Shown here: positions 40,240 to 56,351 of the stretch, in pieces
Numbering within the stretch: position 1 is the first letter of the stretch
Layout: each line of letters begins with the position of its first letter
DNA from: Eledone cirrhosa
Lineage: Eukaryota
Direction: 5' to 3'
DNA: 64,000 nucleotides
Assembly (NCBI GenBank): GCA_964016885.1
Contig: OZ024742.1
Span: forward strand, 359,476,001-359,540,000
The notes under the pieces: model-generated
The model's input: only the letters and a program-made list of their open reading frames with translations
The model's database searches: none
Told to the model about the DNA's origin: nothing
Translations under genes and position numbers: made by a program

Positions 40240-42258
40240 TATTTCTTCCATTTGAAATGTTCACTGATGGTGAACAAGGAAGAAATTTCTGTCTTGAATT
40301 TTCTTTTTGACTGAGAAAAGACTCCTGTTGATTTGATTTTGTTGTGGGAAAATGTATAGAAATGATCAGCGAGAGCGATGTGGAATTCCGTGGGATTGAT
40401 ATCAGTGAGCTGGGACTCCTACTTAAACTCACATACAATAGGAATGCTTAGACACACATGACCTTAGCAGCCTCTACTCCACATGGCCTGAAAGAGGCAG
40501 ACCACCCATCATTACCTCAATGGCCAAGAAGACCAACACAGAAAGATGGAGTGGGTGGACCAGAGCCATACGGACCCCCGAAAACCTTGATGAATTAAAG
40601 ACAATGATCGCACATACGATGGGGCCAGTATAAAACTAAACATTAAGGAACATATGTTCAAATTTAATAACAAATCATATGCCCAAGAAGAGTGGGCAGC
40701 CATTGGCGTTAACATTGAAGGGGGCATAGCCAACCTCTTTATGGTATGGTGGGACAGATGACTTAAGGAACAATTAGACGACAATTTTATAAACCTGACT
40801 ATGTACTCCCGCTACGTAGATGACATAAATATCGTAGTAAAAACACCCCCACAGGAGAACAATCAGGAATTAGAAAAGAACACCATGGAAAGCATCCAGC
40901 AAATAGCTAACTCCATCCACCAGAGTATTAAAGTTACTATAGACTACCCAAATAAACACCCCAACCATAGATTACCTATACTAGACACAGAACTCTGGTT
41001 GGAAGCTATAAGTAATAAAACGCATATCCTCCATTCGCATTATGACAAACCCATGACCTCCAAATACCTGATCCATCGAAACTCAGCTGTTTTGGACCAC
41101 ATTAAAATCAACATACTGATTGCGGACTTAGTAAGAGTGATGAGGAACGTGTCCCGCATGTCCAACCCCAAAGAATTAGAGAGACACAATACTTCATCCA
41201 CCACATGCAGTTCTCTGGCTACAATCAGAGAGACAAGATCAGGGTATATAAAGTAACTAGAATCAAATGGGCAACGATTGTAGAAAATGATGCAAATTTT
41301 GGAACAGAATAGAAAGGATTAGGAATAAGGCAAATAAAATAAATTCATGGTATGATAGCAATAAATACCAGAGTGTAATGTTCGTCAATACAACCGCAAG
41401 AGCTTATAGATTTAGAAGGGCCCTAGACAAGCTCAAATTAAATATTCAGACTTTTGAAAGACCATGTATTCCCATAAAAACCCTAATTAGCAAAACATAC
41501 CCTTTTAAAAGATCCCCCTGTGCTGATAGGAATATAACATACATAGGTGAAACAGCCCGTAGCATAGAAGAAAGGATAAGTGAACACTGGCGAGAACTCC
41601 AGGATGGGAAAAACTCATCAGTACTCCACCAACATGCCACAATAGAACATAGGGGCACATTAGAGAACATAGAGATAAACATTATATCCACACACAGAAA
41701 AGATGCAATGTTCAGACAAATCACAGAGGCGACAAACATAAACGAATTCCAACCAAAATTAAACAGAAAACATGAGTGGAATAGCAACATCACAACTAGT
41801 AACTAACGACAACATAAAGACATACAGACACACACAAGAACCAAACTGACAAAACAAATCAGATACACAAAGATTGAACAAGTAAATAAACACATAAATA
41901 AATAAATAAAAACACACACACACACCCGGATGTAACGCATGTGCAAACTAAGACCACAACACACAACACACAAAAACAAGATGGTGTAGGATAGAAGAAA
42001 GGAGAGACACACAAAATAAAAATCTAGTCACTGAGAAGGTCACAGAATGTGTGATGAAAGAGCTTTGATAATATATAAATAACCTTTCGGTTATCGAACC
42101 AGCCAGTCAACCGGAAATTTATGATAAATTGAAGTGATTCCGACAGGTGCGTGTGTTTTTATTGGCAACATGACCCTCCCAAAGTAAAACAATATCGGCT
42201 TCAACGCACGTTTTCAGATAAGAAATCTCGCAAAACAAATTCAAAAACGAATTATTTA
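40240..42258 (+). mobile_element. Degenerate PLE family B (RT + GIY-YIG + pLTR)
   Basis: YSRYVDD, LPILD, YDKP, ITYIGETARS; degenerate HHR at 42026-42070; ends in (TA)n. 5' boundary approximate. Confidence 0.85.
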
Positions 42259-42281
42259 TATATATATATATATATATAAAA

Positions 42282-43078
42282 GATTGGAACTTCCACCATC
42301 ATTCTTTTGAGAAACGTGAACCAACCACGTCTATGCAATGAAACGCGCTTTACAGTCAGGCGGAAGATGACCTACCTCCTATCGGAATATGACCTATCTA
42401 GAAGCCATTATCGTTAGAGGCAATTATCAATGAGGAAATGCATTTATTCCCAAGATTCCTCTTATCCCTTTCTCTACCAAGCTGCCATTCAAATTCTCAA
42501 GACTTCAGTTCACTGTTAGAGCCAGTTTTGCTATGACCGTATATAAAGCTCAGACTCAGTGTTTCAAAGTTGTAGAATTGAATACAAGAGAATCACTTTC
42601 AATAAATAGACAGTTATATGTAGGTTGTTCACGGGTGGAATCACCTAGAAATCTTCATATACTATGCACGAGCGGTAAAACGAAGAATCTGGTGTATCTG
42701 GAAGATTTTTTACTGTTTTGTTGTTTTTTTGTTTGCCCACTTATATCGCAACTAGCCATCATATCTGGTGGCCGTATCACTATCCACCACCGATGACCCA
42801 TTCTCTAGCAGAACAGCTCTGCTGATAAAGTATGTAGCTCGGATATCAGAAAGTCACTCCAGATAGAGCCACTACTTCTCTGAATTGAGAGATCACAGTT
42901 CCGATACAATGGGTATGTTGTTAGAATGTCTCAAGAAAGAATAACTGGACATATTTTACAGGCAAAACCAACTGGCAGGAGACTCATGGTCTCGCCTCAT
43001 ACTGTAAACCAGACAAACATGTAATACAGTCATGTTCTCTTATCTGTTTACCCGGGCGAAGCTGGGTACGCCAGCTAG
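42282..43078 (+). mobile_element. 3' remnant of an autonomous Helitron (PIF1-like helicase C-terminus) interrupted by an RTE fragment at 42737-42985
   Basis: IILLRNVNQPRLCN..IPKIPLIP..RLQF..FAMTVYKAQ..QLYVGCSRV..GKTKNLVY; hairpin acccgggcgaagctgggt, then CTAG|T. Confidence 0.85.
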
Positions 43079-43767
43079 TAATGATATAAGCGTCTATTTC
43101 ACAATAATAGTGCAAGGTTGACGTTAAGCTGTGTATAGCTATGTTTTGTTATGTTTTGTTATTTACGCCTCTTGACTATTGACACATCGTTTCACCTAGA
43201 GTGGAATAGGAACATCACCCTTTACTTATGTGAACTGACAGACATACTATCTATTGATGCAGTCTAAAACGATTCTGGGAAAATAGTAAATTACACAAAA
43301 TCAATACAATCATATAAAATATATTGGAAATAGGAACTTAGGATTAAAATAGAAATATTACAAGATATCTATCAACGAAATTAGATGTTGGCCATCAGGA
43401 TGTTTTTTGTTTATATAGATGCAATGTTTCATTGAAAATATTTCTACATTTCTCATTCATACGTGATATGAATAAATATATAATTAAGCTTAAGTTTCGT
43501 TCAATATTTTTTCCTAAGACATTTCTATCATATTGTTTTCTTTTATTTTCATTTTTTTACTTTATGTATTTATTATGTCTTTTTTTGCACATTCTGATTT
43601 ATAGGAATCGTTTTATTTAGTTCGAGTTTTCCATTTAATGACATTAATGCTATTGATCTCTGAAATCCCGAAAGAAATATATTTGAAGGAATATTGCGAC
43701 TAAATACGAAGAATAAATAATTATTTATCTATATCTATATTTTTTAAAATCTTTTAAATGTTATATA

Positions 43768-44335
43768 ATCTTCTTCTTCTTCTTCTTCTTCTTCTTCTTC
43801 TTCTTCTTCTTCTTCTTCTTCTTCTTCTTCTTCTTCTTCTTCTTCTTCACCCACTTAGTCCTGAGAGGGATCATGGTGGCAGAGTCCTCAAACACTACTT
43901 CCAGCGGGTCATGTCAGAAGCAACCACTCCAAGTGATCTGGCTGGATCTCCAAGCGAGACCAGCCAAGCTTATAAATGTTATCCAACTATCTTGCTTGGG
44001 GTCTACCCCTGGATCTCTTGCCAGTTGGTTTTTGCCCATAAAATCTGCCCAGTTATTCTTTCTTAAGACATTCTAACCACATGCCCATAGTATCAGAACT
44101 GTGATCTCTCAATTGAGAGAAGTAGTGCTCTATCTGGAGTGGCCCTCTGATCTCGGAGCTACATACTTTATTGGTAGAGCTGTTCTGCTAGAGAATGGGT
44201 CGCAGGTGGTGGATAGCGATATGGCCACCAGACATGATGGATAGTTGCGATATAAGTGTGCAACTGCCGGACTAATAAGCAATTCCGGACAACAGGGGTA
44301 AACTACTAGGGGAGATAGTGCAATGTTTGACACGC
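43768..44335 (-). mobile_element. RTE-clade (Rex3/Expander-like) 3' derivative with (GAA)n tail
   Basis: Broken translation IERSQ..YYGHVVRMS..ERITGQIL.AK..LGWSRLEIQP; (TTC)n tract on the plus strand. Confidence 0.7.
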
Positions 44336-44477
44336 GTGACTCCCTAGAAAACTCTTATTTAATATTAAAAGAAACAAATTTACTACTCACCGACGTTTAC
44401 ATATTTAGAAAATAAAAACGAAAAAGAGAAAAAAAGGAATAATACTGCTTTCTTTCTTTTTTTTTTAGAAAAAGGGA

Positions 44478-44830
44478 ATAATATTGTTTCTACTCTTAGC
44501 ACGAGGCCAGCAATTAACCACTGCATTACTGGTACTTTATTTTATCGACCCCGTAAGGGTGAAAGGCAAAGCTAATCCCGATGGAATTTGAACTCAGATC
44601 GTAAAATACTATAACTATATGCCGCTAAGCATGTTGTCCGACACTCTACCGATTCTGTCAATTGTAATAATGGTTTCTTATATAGGCACAAGGCCAGCAA
44701 TTATCCCAGTGTATTACTGGTACTTTATTTTATCGACCCCGTAAGGATGAAAGGCAAAGTTAACCTCGGCGGGATTTGAACTCAGATCATAAAGGGCTGT
44801 AACTCTTTGCTGCAAAGTATACTGTCAATT
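44478..44830 (-). mobile_element. Two tandem SINE family 1 copies
   Basis: Core repeated at about 44530 and about 44720. Confidence 0.85.
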
Positions 44831-45365
44831 GTAATAATGAATTTTTTTTATATATAATTTGTCCCTCATTCTCGATATTGCAAGCAAATGTAGTTTGTAT
44901 TTGCCATATCACTTCTATTATATCATTCAAGTACTACTATGAAGCAATCCTATATATCTTGTCCTGTATATGAGAAGACGTGTGTGTTTACGTAAGAAAT
45001 TATCATTTTCTTTATCATTATAAAACCTTGCACTGAGAGTTATAACAACATGCAACAGATTCTAGTGTTCAAGTTGTTTCCATTAACAGCAATTTCGATC
45101 AAACTGGTCAAGTCATGAACGTAACTACTTCAAATGTCTGTATTCTGTACATTTCTAACGACATGCATGTTACAAGGTATATTAATTTGATATACATACT
45201 CCAGACAGGTGAAGAAGTATTTGAATAACAACTGTACAGCATCAAACAGTTTCATAGAATCATTTACGGATGTACAAACAGTGAGGAACTTCCGATAGTT
45301 ACACTCATTCGGTAATGATAAATTTAACACCAGTCCTTATGTATGTATGTATGTATGTATGTATG

Positions 45366-45407
<42 letters not shown>

Positions 45408-45467
45408 TATATGTATGTATATGTGTGTGTATATATATATATAAATATACATATATATATGTATGTA

Positions 45468-45498
<31 letters not shown>

Positions 45499-45527
45499 GT
45501 ATGTATATATATGTGTATATATATATA

Positions 45528-47560
<2,033 letters not shown>

Positions 47561-47844
47561 TGTATATATGTATGTATGGATGTATGCATATGTGCATGTA
47601 TGCATGTATGTATGTATGTATGTTCTTCTGGTTTTATAATTTCACAAAGGTTTGCCAAGAGAGAGAGAGTCGCTTTCTAACATAGACACAAGACTCTCTC
47701 ATTGGAATTTACACAACATCAACTCTCTTCACCACCGGATCCTGTTACTCGGAGAATTACCCATCTGCATTGTTGAGGCTTCCAAAACGACCGAAACAAA
47801 ATAAATCATATATATGTATGTATGTATATATGTATATAGATAGA

Positions 47845-48200
47845 AATAATCGGGCACAGAAATAATCGGGCTGGACACCCGATCGCGCGGTTAAACCACT
47901 GGGAGTGAAGGAGCCCTAGCCTTTGTCAAGGTATTCTTCTAGGAGAAGGCAAGTCAGGAAACTGGGATAACTCCGACATAAATCCTGTGACTCAGTAGTT
48001 ACCGATGATGTTGATCTTTTCTTCTTTTCGAGTGATAGCTAGTGTCACTCAGAGAGTGGGATTGGCTCAGTGCACAGTCATTCCTCACTTTAACAAAAAT
48101 CTTCACGCACAGGCATTGCACGATAGCATTAATTAATAATTATTAATAATGTTATATTGTGCAATGGCCATACACGATAACGAGGTGGCAGCCATCATTA
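47845..48200 (+). mobile_element. Shorter relative of the RTE-derived element
   Basis: Shares tagcctttgtcaagg..ctaggagaagg, gagagtgggattggct and the 3' end acgaggtggcagccatc. Confidence 0.65.
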
Positions 48201-48475
48201 CGTATATATGTATGTGTGTATGTATGTATATTTATATATTTATATATGTGTGTATGTTTGTATTTATATATGTATAAATGTATGTACCCATGTATGTATG
48301 TATGAATGACTACATACATGCATGTATGTATTTATGTATGAAAATCAACGAAAAACAAAGACGGATCCTGGACATTGTTCCCCCTGCTTCCGACTGTACC
48401 AATTTGTAAATAAAAATATAGAACTATATATATACAAAATATAGAACAATGAAATCTTAGTTTAATACATTTAAT

Positions 48476-48522
48476 TGCTGACAATTGTTTCTTCCAGAAG
48501 AATGTCTGGATTCATCGAAGCA
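48476..48522 (-). ncRNA. Degenerate hammerhead
   Basis: tgct TCGATGA a tccaga cattct tctgga a GAAA caattg TC agca; shares gaaacaattgtcagcaat with the 24.7-kb HHR. Confidence 0.6.
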
Positions 48523-48824
48523 TAGAGAATGTTTAAGCAGGTAATTAATATCCTAGTCTTCGGAACATTTATATAGATACATAACTATTGCCAGTGTCAT
48601 TGACAAATGTTATATAGAACGAAATAAAATATTGTAACCACAAAAGCTGAATAATCCAACAATTTAATGAGTGATTTCTTAAGGCTGAACACTAATTTAT
48701 ATTGTTACTAGAATAATCTTGTTAGGGAAATTATATGTGTGAGAGTGTACGAAAGAAGTCTGTAGGTGCATGCGTGTGTGTGTGTCTATGCACACACACA
48801 CACATATATATATATATACAATAT

Positions 48825-49180
48825 ATTAACAAATGGAAACTATATTTATAAAACCATATTTATTTCATTATACATATTTCAAGGACACCAAAGCAAATTA
48901 TGGTGCGCTTTCATCAGATAAAATATAATATAGATCAGTTTTATAAACAAATATTGACATACCCTTAAAGAATGCAACCGACATGGTTGCATTCTTTAAG
49001 GGTATGTCAATATTTGTTTATAATTTGCTATGGTGTCCTTGAAATATGTATAATGAAATAAATATGGTTTTATAAATATAATTTCCATTTGTATTTTTAC
49101 TCCAACAATTTGTTGAGTGCTTTATATCAATTATAAAAATATTTGCTTATTGTATCACAACAAATTAAATATAACGTCTA
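48825..49180. mobile_element. Fold-back pLTR insertion with a perfect inner hairpin (48943-49021)
   Basis: 48829-48901 mirrors 49019-49092; the tail continues to the right. Confidence 0.8.
48862..48924 (-). ncRNA. Type I hammerhead ribozyme
   Basis: attttat CTGATGA aagcgcacca...tggtgtcctt GAAA tatgta TA atgaaat. Confidence 0.85.
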
Positions 49181-49284
49181 CATATATATATATATGTGTG
49201 TGTGTTTGAGTGCGTGTGTGTGTCTGTATAAATTTATATATATATATATATATATGTGTATGTGTGTATGTTTGTCTGTGTGTG

Positions 49285-49497
49285 AAGACGTGTGGCTGAT
49301 TGGTTAGAGAACTGGATTCGCACCCGTGAGGTTGTCAGTTCGATTCCTGGACCGGGCGACGCTTATGTCCTTGAGCAAGACACTTCATTTCACGTTGCTC
49401 CGTCTACCTGGTGTTGCGACAGATAGATAGTATAAGCAATTGGAAAAACCAACGGAAACACTGTTTCCTCGGTCCGATTTGACGAAAGTCGATCAAA
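49285..49497 (+). mobile_element. tRNA-derived SINE family 2 variant
   Basis: A box tggctgattgg, B box agttcgattcc, gtccttgagcaagacactt; second copy at 61495-61710. Confidence 0.8.
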
Positions 49498-49561
<64 letters not shown>

Positions 49562-49646
49562 GGAAAATTTGAACAGGAACAAAACAGAGAGGCAGTACAA
49601 CGAATGTTTATTAATTTCACGCTCTGGAGAGTGGGGTGGTGGTGGG

Positions 49647-49682
49647 GAACGACGTTTCGGGCATAAGCCCTTCTTCAGGTGA
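49647..49682 (-). ncRNA. Minimal PLE-type hammerhead
   Basis: ac CTGAAGA a gggc ttat gccc GAAA cg TC gt. Confidence 0.85.
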
Positions 49683-51096
49683 AAAGTGTGTGGGAAGAGA
49701 GTTGAAAGGGTGTGTAGGGGAGTGGTGGAGAGACATATAGCGAAAAGGGGTGGGAGGAAACGGTGCGAATGAAATTAAAAATAAAAGCATGATCAAAATA
49801 AAATTAAATTAAAATGGGGTAAAACAGGTGGTGGAAGGGTGTGGGGTGTGTAGGGGTGGTGGTGGGTGGGTGGAGTGGGGAGAGGGAGACGGGGTGTCCG
49901 AGCGGGGAGGGCTGAAGGTGGTGTGTGTGTGTAGGTGTACGTGTGTGTGTGTGTATGTGAAAGCAAGGGTTGGGTGAAGTACGGGGTTGCATGTTCAGGA
50001 AGAGGTGTGTGTGGGGTGAGGTGTAGGTCGGAGTGTGTGTGCGTGTGTGGATAGAGGGGTGGGGGGAGAGGAATCTGGAGGCTGAAGTTGTAAATATGTG
50101 GTGGAAAGCACGTGTGTGTGGGGTTTAAGCGTGTTGTGGGTGTAGGTGGCGTATGGAAAAAAAATTGGGGGGGGGAGTTATAAAGGTGATTCCGTAAGAG
50201 GATGTGGTTGAAAGGTTGGTAAACTCCTAGGATGGTAGTTGATACCGCGGTCAAGCTCCACATACGAGTAATCCATGGAGATATGGTCGGAAGAGAAGTG
50301 ATGTGGGGTGCGCGCGCGACAGGAAGTGGTCAAGGCGGTAGGAGTGCTGTGTGTCTGTGTGTGCTGGGAGGTGGTCAGAGGGCATAGCAGCAGTCGGGTG
50401 GAATGGTAAAGGGGCGAGGATGGGTAGGTGTGAAAGTTGGAGTGAGGAGGGTGTGTGTGTGTATTAGTAGAGGTCTTAGTGGGATGAGTGAGTGTGGAGA
50501 AAGGGTGTGGGTGGAGCGGGGAGAGAAGGGTGTGGGGGTCGATGGAAGGAGTGTGGTGTACTGGTGTGTGTGTAGTTTGATGAAGGGGGTGTTAGTGGGT
50601 GTTAGTATACGGGAGGTGGAGAAAGGGTTGAATGCAGGTGTGAGTGGGGGTTAGTGGTGGTAGGGTGTGTAGAGTTGGTGGTGTACGAGGGTGTGTGGGT
50701 ACGTGTGCGTGGGGTTGGGGGGTGGTAGTGATGTTAGTTGCGTGTGGGGTGGGTGGTGTAAGTGGGTGCGTGTGTTCGTGTGCTTGGGGTCGGGGGTGTT
50801 AGTGATGTTAGTTGCGGGGTGGTGGGATGGATGTATGGGGGTGAGGGTTAGTGGTGGTAGTAGGGTGTGTGTTTAGTGTGAGCGCGTGTATATATGTGCC
50901 GGTGGGTTTGTGCGCGTGATAAGGAGGGGGTAGGAGAAGAAGAGAGGGATGTTAGTATGTTCGTTGGGGAAGGGTGGTCGGATGAGGGGTGGAGTGGAGG
51001 TGTTAGTATTGTTAGTTGTGGGGTGGGCGGTGAAAAGGAGGGGTGTGTTAGTGGTGTTAGTGGGGGATATGTGTGGAGGCAGGGGGCGGTCGAAGG

Positions 51097-52988
51097 CTAA
51101 AGGAATAAGGGTGGGGAGTTCAGGCCGGGGGGAGTGTGGGTCTGTAAGATGAAGATGGTTCTTTGTTCAACTCTGAGGAGATTGGCGGGTGTTCCGTGGC
51201 ATTGGAGTAGGCCACAGACTGTGAGATGGCGTGCGGAATGTCCAGGGGCACCAAAGTGGCGGGCGATGGGGGAACTTCCACCGAGACGAATATCCCGGAG
51301 GTGCTCAGTGAATCGGTCCACCAGGCGACGTCCCGTCTGTCCGACGTAAGTCGCGCTGCACTCCGTGCAGCCAAGTCCGTAGACTAGGTTGGAGGAGGTG
51401 CAGCGGAAGGCATGCCGGACAGAGAGAGAGTGGCCGTTGGGACCCTGGAAGGTGGTGGTGTTGGTGATGTGGGGACAGGTGTTGCAGCGGGGCCTAGAAC
51501 AGGGAAAGGAACCGGGGAGGGAGTGCGTGGGGGGAGCTGTGGACGAGGAGGGTGCGGAGATTGCGTGCGCGTTTGAAGGGAGTGGTGGGGTTGGGAAGAT
51601 GTGGGAGGTGGAGGGGTCGGACTGGAGGCGTCGGAAGAGGCGGCGGATGGTGCGGTGGAGGGGTAAGGTGGAGGGGTGGTAGGTGATTGGGAAGGGGAGA
51701 CGGTGGGTGGGTGTGCGGTGGCGTGGGGTGAGGGTGGTGGAGCGGTGGACAGCCCGGGCGCGGGTGAGAGCGGTGTGGACGAGAGAGGGGGGAAACCTCT
51801 GCGGATGAAATGGCTGACTAGGGAAAGGGCCTGGGACTCGAAGTCAGCATCTCGGCTACAGAGGCGGCGGATCCTGAGGAGTTGGGAGTAGGGAATGGAG
51901 TGTTTAGTGTGTGTGGGGTGGGAAGAGGTGAAGTCGAGGTAAGAGTGGGAGTCGGTGGTTTGAAGAAGGCGGAGGTGACGAGGGAGTGGTGGGCGGGGTC
52001 GAAGGCGACGGAGATGTCTAAGAAGTGGACGTGGGTGGTGGAGATAGAGGTGGTGAAGTGGAGGGAGGGGTGGAAGGAGCAGAAGAAGGAGAGAAAGGAG
52101 TCGAGCTGTTCTCGGGTGAGGGTCGTAACTCCGATACAGTCGTCGATGTAACGACCGTACAGTTCGGGCGTGGGGCCGGTGTACTGGGCAAAGATTTGGG
52201 CCTCAACATAGCCAACAAAAACGTTGGCATAGTTCGGGCCCATTCTTGTACCCATGGCTACCCCCGTGACCTGTTGGTAAAACTCACCCGAGAAGGAGAA
52301 ACAATTGAGGGTGAGGACCAGCTCGGCAAGGCGAAGGATGGTGGGGTGGAGGGAATGGGGGAGGGGCGAAGGTCGAGGTAGTGTTTGAGGGCGCGTAGGC
52401 CGTCGACGTGGGGGATGACGGTATAGAGGGACTTGATGTCTAGGGTGAAGAGGAAGGGCTGTGGGCCGGGTGGGTAGGTGAAGGAGTCGAAAAGGCGCAG
52501 GGCGTGGTTGGTGTCGGAGATGTGGGAGGGGAGGATGGTGACAAGGGGGGCGAGGATGGAGTCGAGAAAGGCGAAGATGAGTTCGGTGGGGCAGTTGCAA
52601 GCGGAGACGATGGGGCAGCCGGGGTTGTCGGGTTTGTGGAGTTTGGGGAGGAAGTAGATGGTGGGGGTGCGGGGGCTGCGGACGATGAGGTGGTAAGCGG
52701 TGGGGGGGGGGTGACAAGGTGTTGGATGGTGGAGGAAACTTGTTGTTGGTAGAGGGGTGTGGGATCGGAGGGTAGAGGGCGGTAGAAGAGGGGGTTACAG
52801 AGCTGCCTGATGGCTTCGGCCGTGTAGAGGTCCGCGCGCCACACCACCACGGCGCCTCCCTTGTCCGCCGGTTTGATGACGATGTCATCTCGGCTACGGA
52901 GGGAGCGGAGAGCGAGGAGTTCGCCACGTGAGATATTATTCTGTTTGGAACGGTGGCGGAAGTCGAAACGATTTACGGCGCTAGGCAA
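51097..52988 (-). pseudogene. PLE RT + GIY-YIG ORF, frameshifted
   Basis: IVIKPADKGGAVVV; QVTGVAMGTRMGPNYANVFVG; YGRYIDD; HFLDI; NLVYGLGC..C...YVGQT; RFTEH; PPGLN. Confidence 0.9.
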
Positions 52989-53546
52989 ATCGCACCTGTC
53001 AAGTTTGTGAATAATTATTTTTTTCTTTTTTGCCTGTGACCATTCTCAACACAAAAGCAATACTAAAAGCTTTTTCCTCTGAATAAAGGAATTTTTCGAG
53101 AATGACCGGAGCAGGCCGAACTTGCTACATTTCTCCCCACCCAACCCTACTCACCGTCTCAACTCATTACTGCTATGAACACTTTTTCAACACACCTACA
53201 CCCATGCACTTATTAAAGGGGGTGAAAAGAAACTCCCACCACACCACAGACATGTTAAATCCCTATATATAGAACAACACACCACATACACATCAGTTTG
53301 ACAAGCGCACCTCAGCGTGAAAGGTCTTTCTAAAAACGAAACAATACCTCCTACGTTAACCAAGAACTCCTAAGACCTAACCAACAACCAACAACTTAAT
53401 TTATAAAATAATTTTTTTTAAGAAAAATTCTTTTTGGATTTTGTGAAGAAAATAAATTTGTTGAAAGCACAAGTGAAGCCATTTTTTCTCCCCCCCCCCC
53501 CTGTCTTAATATACCTAACTGTACCAAGGATTACACACATTTTCCA

Positions 53547-53627
<81 letters not shown>

Positions 53628-53760
53628 TGTGTGTGTTCAATAACAGAAGAGGACAAATTAAGGAGAGCTCTCAATATATATTAATTATTTTAATCTGTCA
53701 AGAATATATTATACCTTTTATCTCTCCTCAACACGCTTTTCGTCCAATTAACAGTTATGA

Positions 53761-53815
<55 letters not shown>

Positions 53816-53827
53816 TATATGTATGTG

Positions 53828-53885
<58 letters not shown>

Positions 53886-54017
53886 TGTGTGTGTGTGTGT
53901 TTGTGCTTGTATATGTATGTGTATATATATGTATGTGTGTGTGTGTCTGTGTGTTTGTGCTTGTATATGTATGTGTATATATATATATATGTGTGTGTGT
54001 GTTTGTGCTTGTATATG

Positions 54018-54063
<46 letters not shown>

Positions 54064-54101
54064 TATATATATATCCATACATACACACAGACACACACGC
54101 T

Positions 54102-54153
<52 letters not shown>

Positions 54154-54161
<8 letters not shown>

Positions 54162-54675
54162 AAGGTTTAGTAAATAATGAAAAAGTTTCAAAATAAATTT
54201 TAAAAAATTGACTTTACCTACTATAGTTACCTTTACCGATCGGTTTCGAATCCCAAAAATAAAACGGAGACCATACGGCCTTCGTTGCAAAGAGAGATTC
54301 TCGTCAGAAGGTTCTTTTCATTCAAAGAATATAAAATTCCTGAATTTAAATCACAAACTAGCGCTATCAAAGACTGTTCCTGGGATGAGAGTGGATGATG
54401 TAGAACAGGTTTATCAAGGGCCGTAGTAAAGATAGAGGCAAAAGGAGGTAGGTCAAACTAGCCACCGCTGTTGTCAGCAGCAGTCGGAATAACCCGGTTT
54501 GTTCTCAACGTTTGTGGAGGTAGTAGTAATATGAAATACGTCCCTTCACGCACAAGGCGCCAAGGTACGCATGTATTGTCCAACCAAGTGCCAGTGTGGT
54601 TCAATGGCGGGTTAATAAATTAACGAGCCAGAACAAATATAAACAAGGTTTAGTAAATAATGAAAAAGTTTCAAA

Positions 54676-54681
<6 letters not shown>
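54154..54681 (-). mobile_element. Non-coding retrozyme-like element: 483-nt unit + 45-nt terminal redundancy, one HHR, in (TA)n
   Basis: 54154-54198 is identical to 54637-54681. Confidence 0.82.
54229..54312 (-). ncRNA. Type I hammerhead ribozyme with extended stem II
   Basis: acctt CTGACGA gaatctc...gggattc GAAA ccgatcgg TA aaggt. Confidence 0.9.
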
Positions 54682-54733
<52 letters not shown>

Positions 54734-56351
54734 ATATATATATATATACATATATATAAAAGCAAATATTTTATTTCATATCCCTGCCGGCGCAGTGCAA
54801 GTTTGTTTGTGTGTATGTTTATGTATGTATGTAAGTATATATTTATGTATGTATATGTATATATTTATGTATGTATATGTTTGTATGTATGTATATGTAT
54901 GTATATGTATATATGTATGTATATGTATGTATATGTATGTATATGTATATGTATGTATATGTATGTATATGTATGTATATGTATATGTATATATGTATGT
55001 ATATATATATGTATGTATGTGTTATTATAGATATTGCCCATTATCATATCTATACGTATATACCATTAGTAAGTTTAACAAACTTTATCCGACTCTGTAT
55101 CCTGATCACATTCACCAAACACCTGCTGTTGACACAACGTTTCTCTACTTATTTCCATAAAAAGCATTTTCCTATCTGTTTTTCAACTGCGAAGTATATA
55201 TTTTTCGAATGTGCTACTTACAGAAAAAACACACAAATCCCATTGAAACCGACCCTTAACATCTTAAAAAAGAACTGCAACGTTGTATAATGCAGCTAAG
55301 GTGTGTGTATATCTTGAAGATTTGCAAAAGGCGTTAGTAGGAGTACTATTCGTCTGATCCGTTCAGTCACATAATATAAATAAAACTACATCTAAACCTT
55401 GTCTGTGATTGGGCTTACTTCTAGTTTGTATCTACATTATCGTAATATTTACAACTGCAAAACCTACACATATAAACATAAAGACAATTATATATTTATA
55501 GAGAAATGCATAGTTTTTCTTTCACGCTTTGTAGTGTAAATGAAGGAATATTGCTATAAACCAGATTCGAGACCTTGTTTATGAGAATCTACCTTTACAT
55601 AGCGGCTCACAATACAATATAGACTTGCAAAGTAAATGTTAATGTTCATGTCCCACGACGTACTAGAATAAACCCATGTTTTCTTAATTTTATATCATTC
55701 ATATTTTTTCTCACAAATAGTCTAATGTTACATTATGCATCTAAAGCCAACAATTTGTCGAGGAACTTAGCTAACAATGACAGTCTACCCCATGAAAACT
55801 AATATCTGAATCAACACGAAAGCAAATATGGCGACGAAATAACACTGAAAATATGTTTTATTGAGTAATTTATGGATGGCGGAAGACCAATATTTGCCAT
55901 ATTATGCAGGATAAAAGAAGAAATAGAGACGCATACATCAATAAATAATATTATAGTTGGAACTTCTCAACGGCAGAGAATAACTTCTTTCGTGTTAGAA
56001 CGTTGACCAGGACAAAAAAAGCAAAACTGAAATTAATTAAAACCGCTCCAGAGGATTATATGTTTTGTAATATCTTTTAAATGAGTCTCAATTTCATTTT
56101 GGCGTTTTATGTTACCTACTCGATGTATAGAAATATTTGTCCAGCTATAAAATCATCCTGAAGACGACTATAAAACTGAAATAGAAAATAGATTTATAAC
56201 GAGACGAAGAGATCAAATTTGCTTACAACTGTATTTGTTTTTCTCCTAGACAATTGTCGATGATGCATGAAATGCTAAATTATATGAATGACAACCAGTA
56301 TCGATTTATGATTAAACGCAGAAGACGTTTCTGCATTTCCCGTTATAAGAT

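Larger units (their letters stand above)
49559..52988 (-). mobile_element. 5'-truncated Neptune-like Penelope element, C-rich sense strand, about 1.5-kb 3' UTR
   Basis: RT + Cys linker + GIY-YIG, minimal HHR, AATAAA, ends in (TA)n. Confidence 0.9.

Noticed and set aside
56155-56195. CTGAAGA...GAAA motif
   Set aside because: No convincing stem II or stem III.
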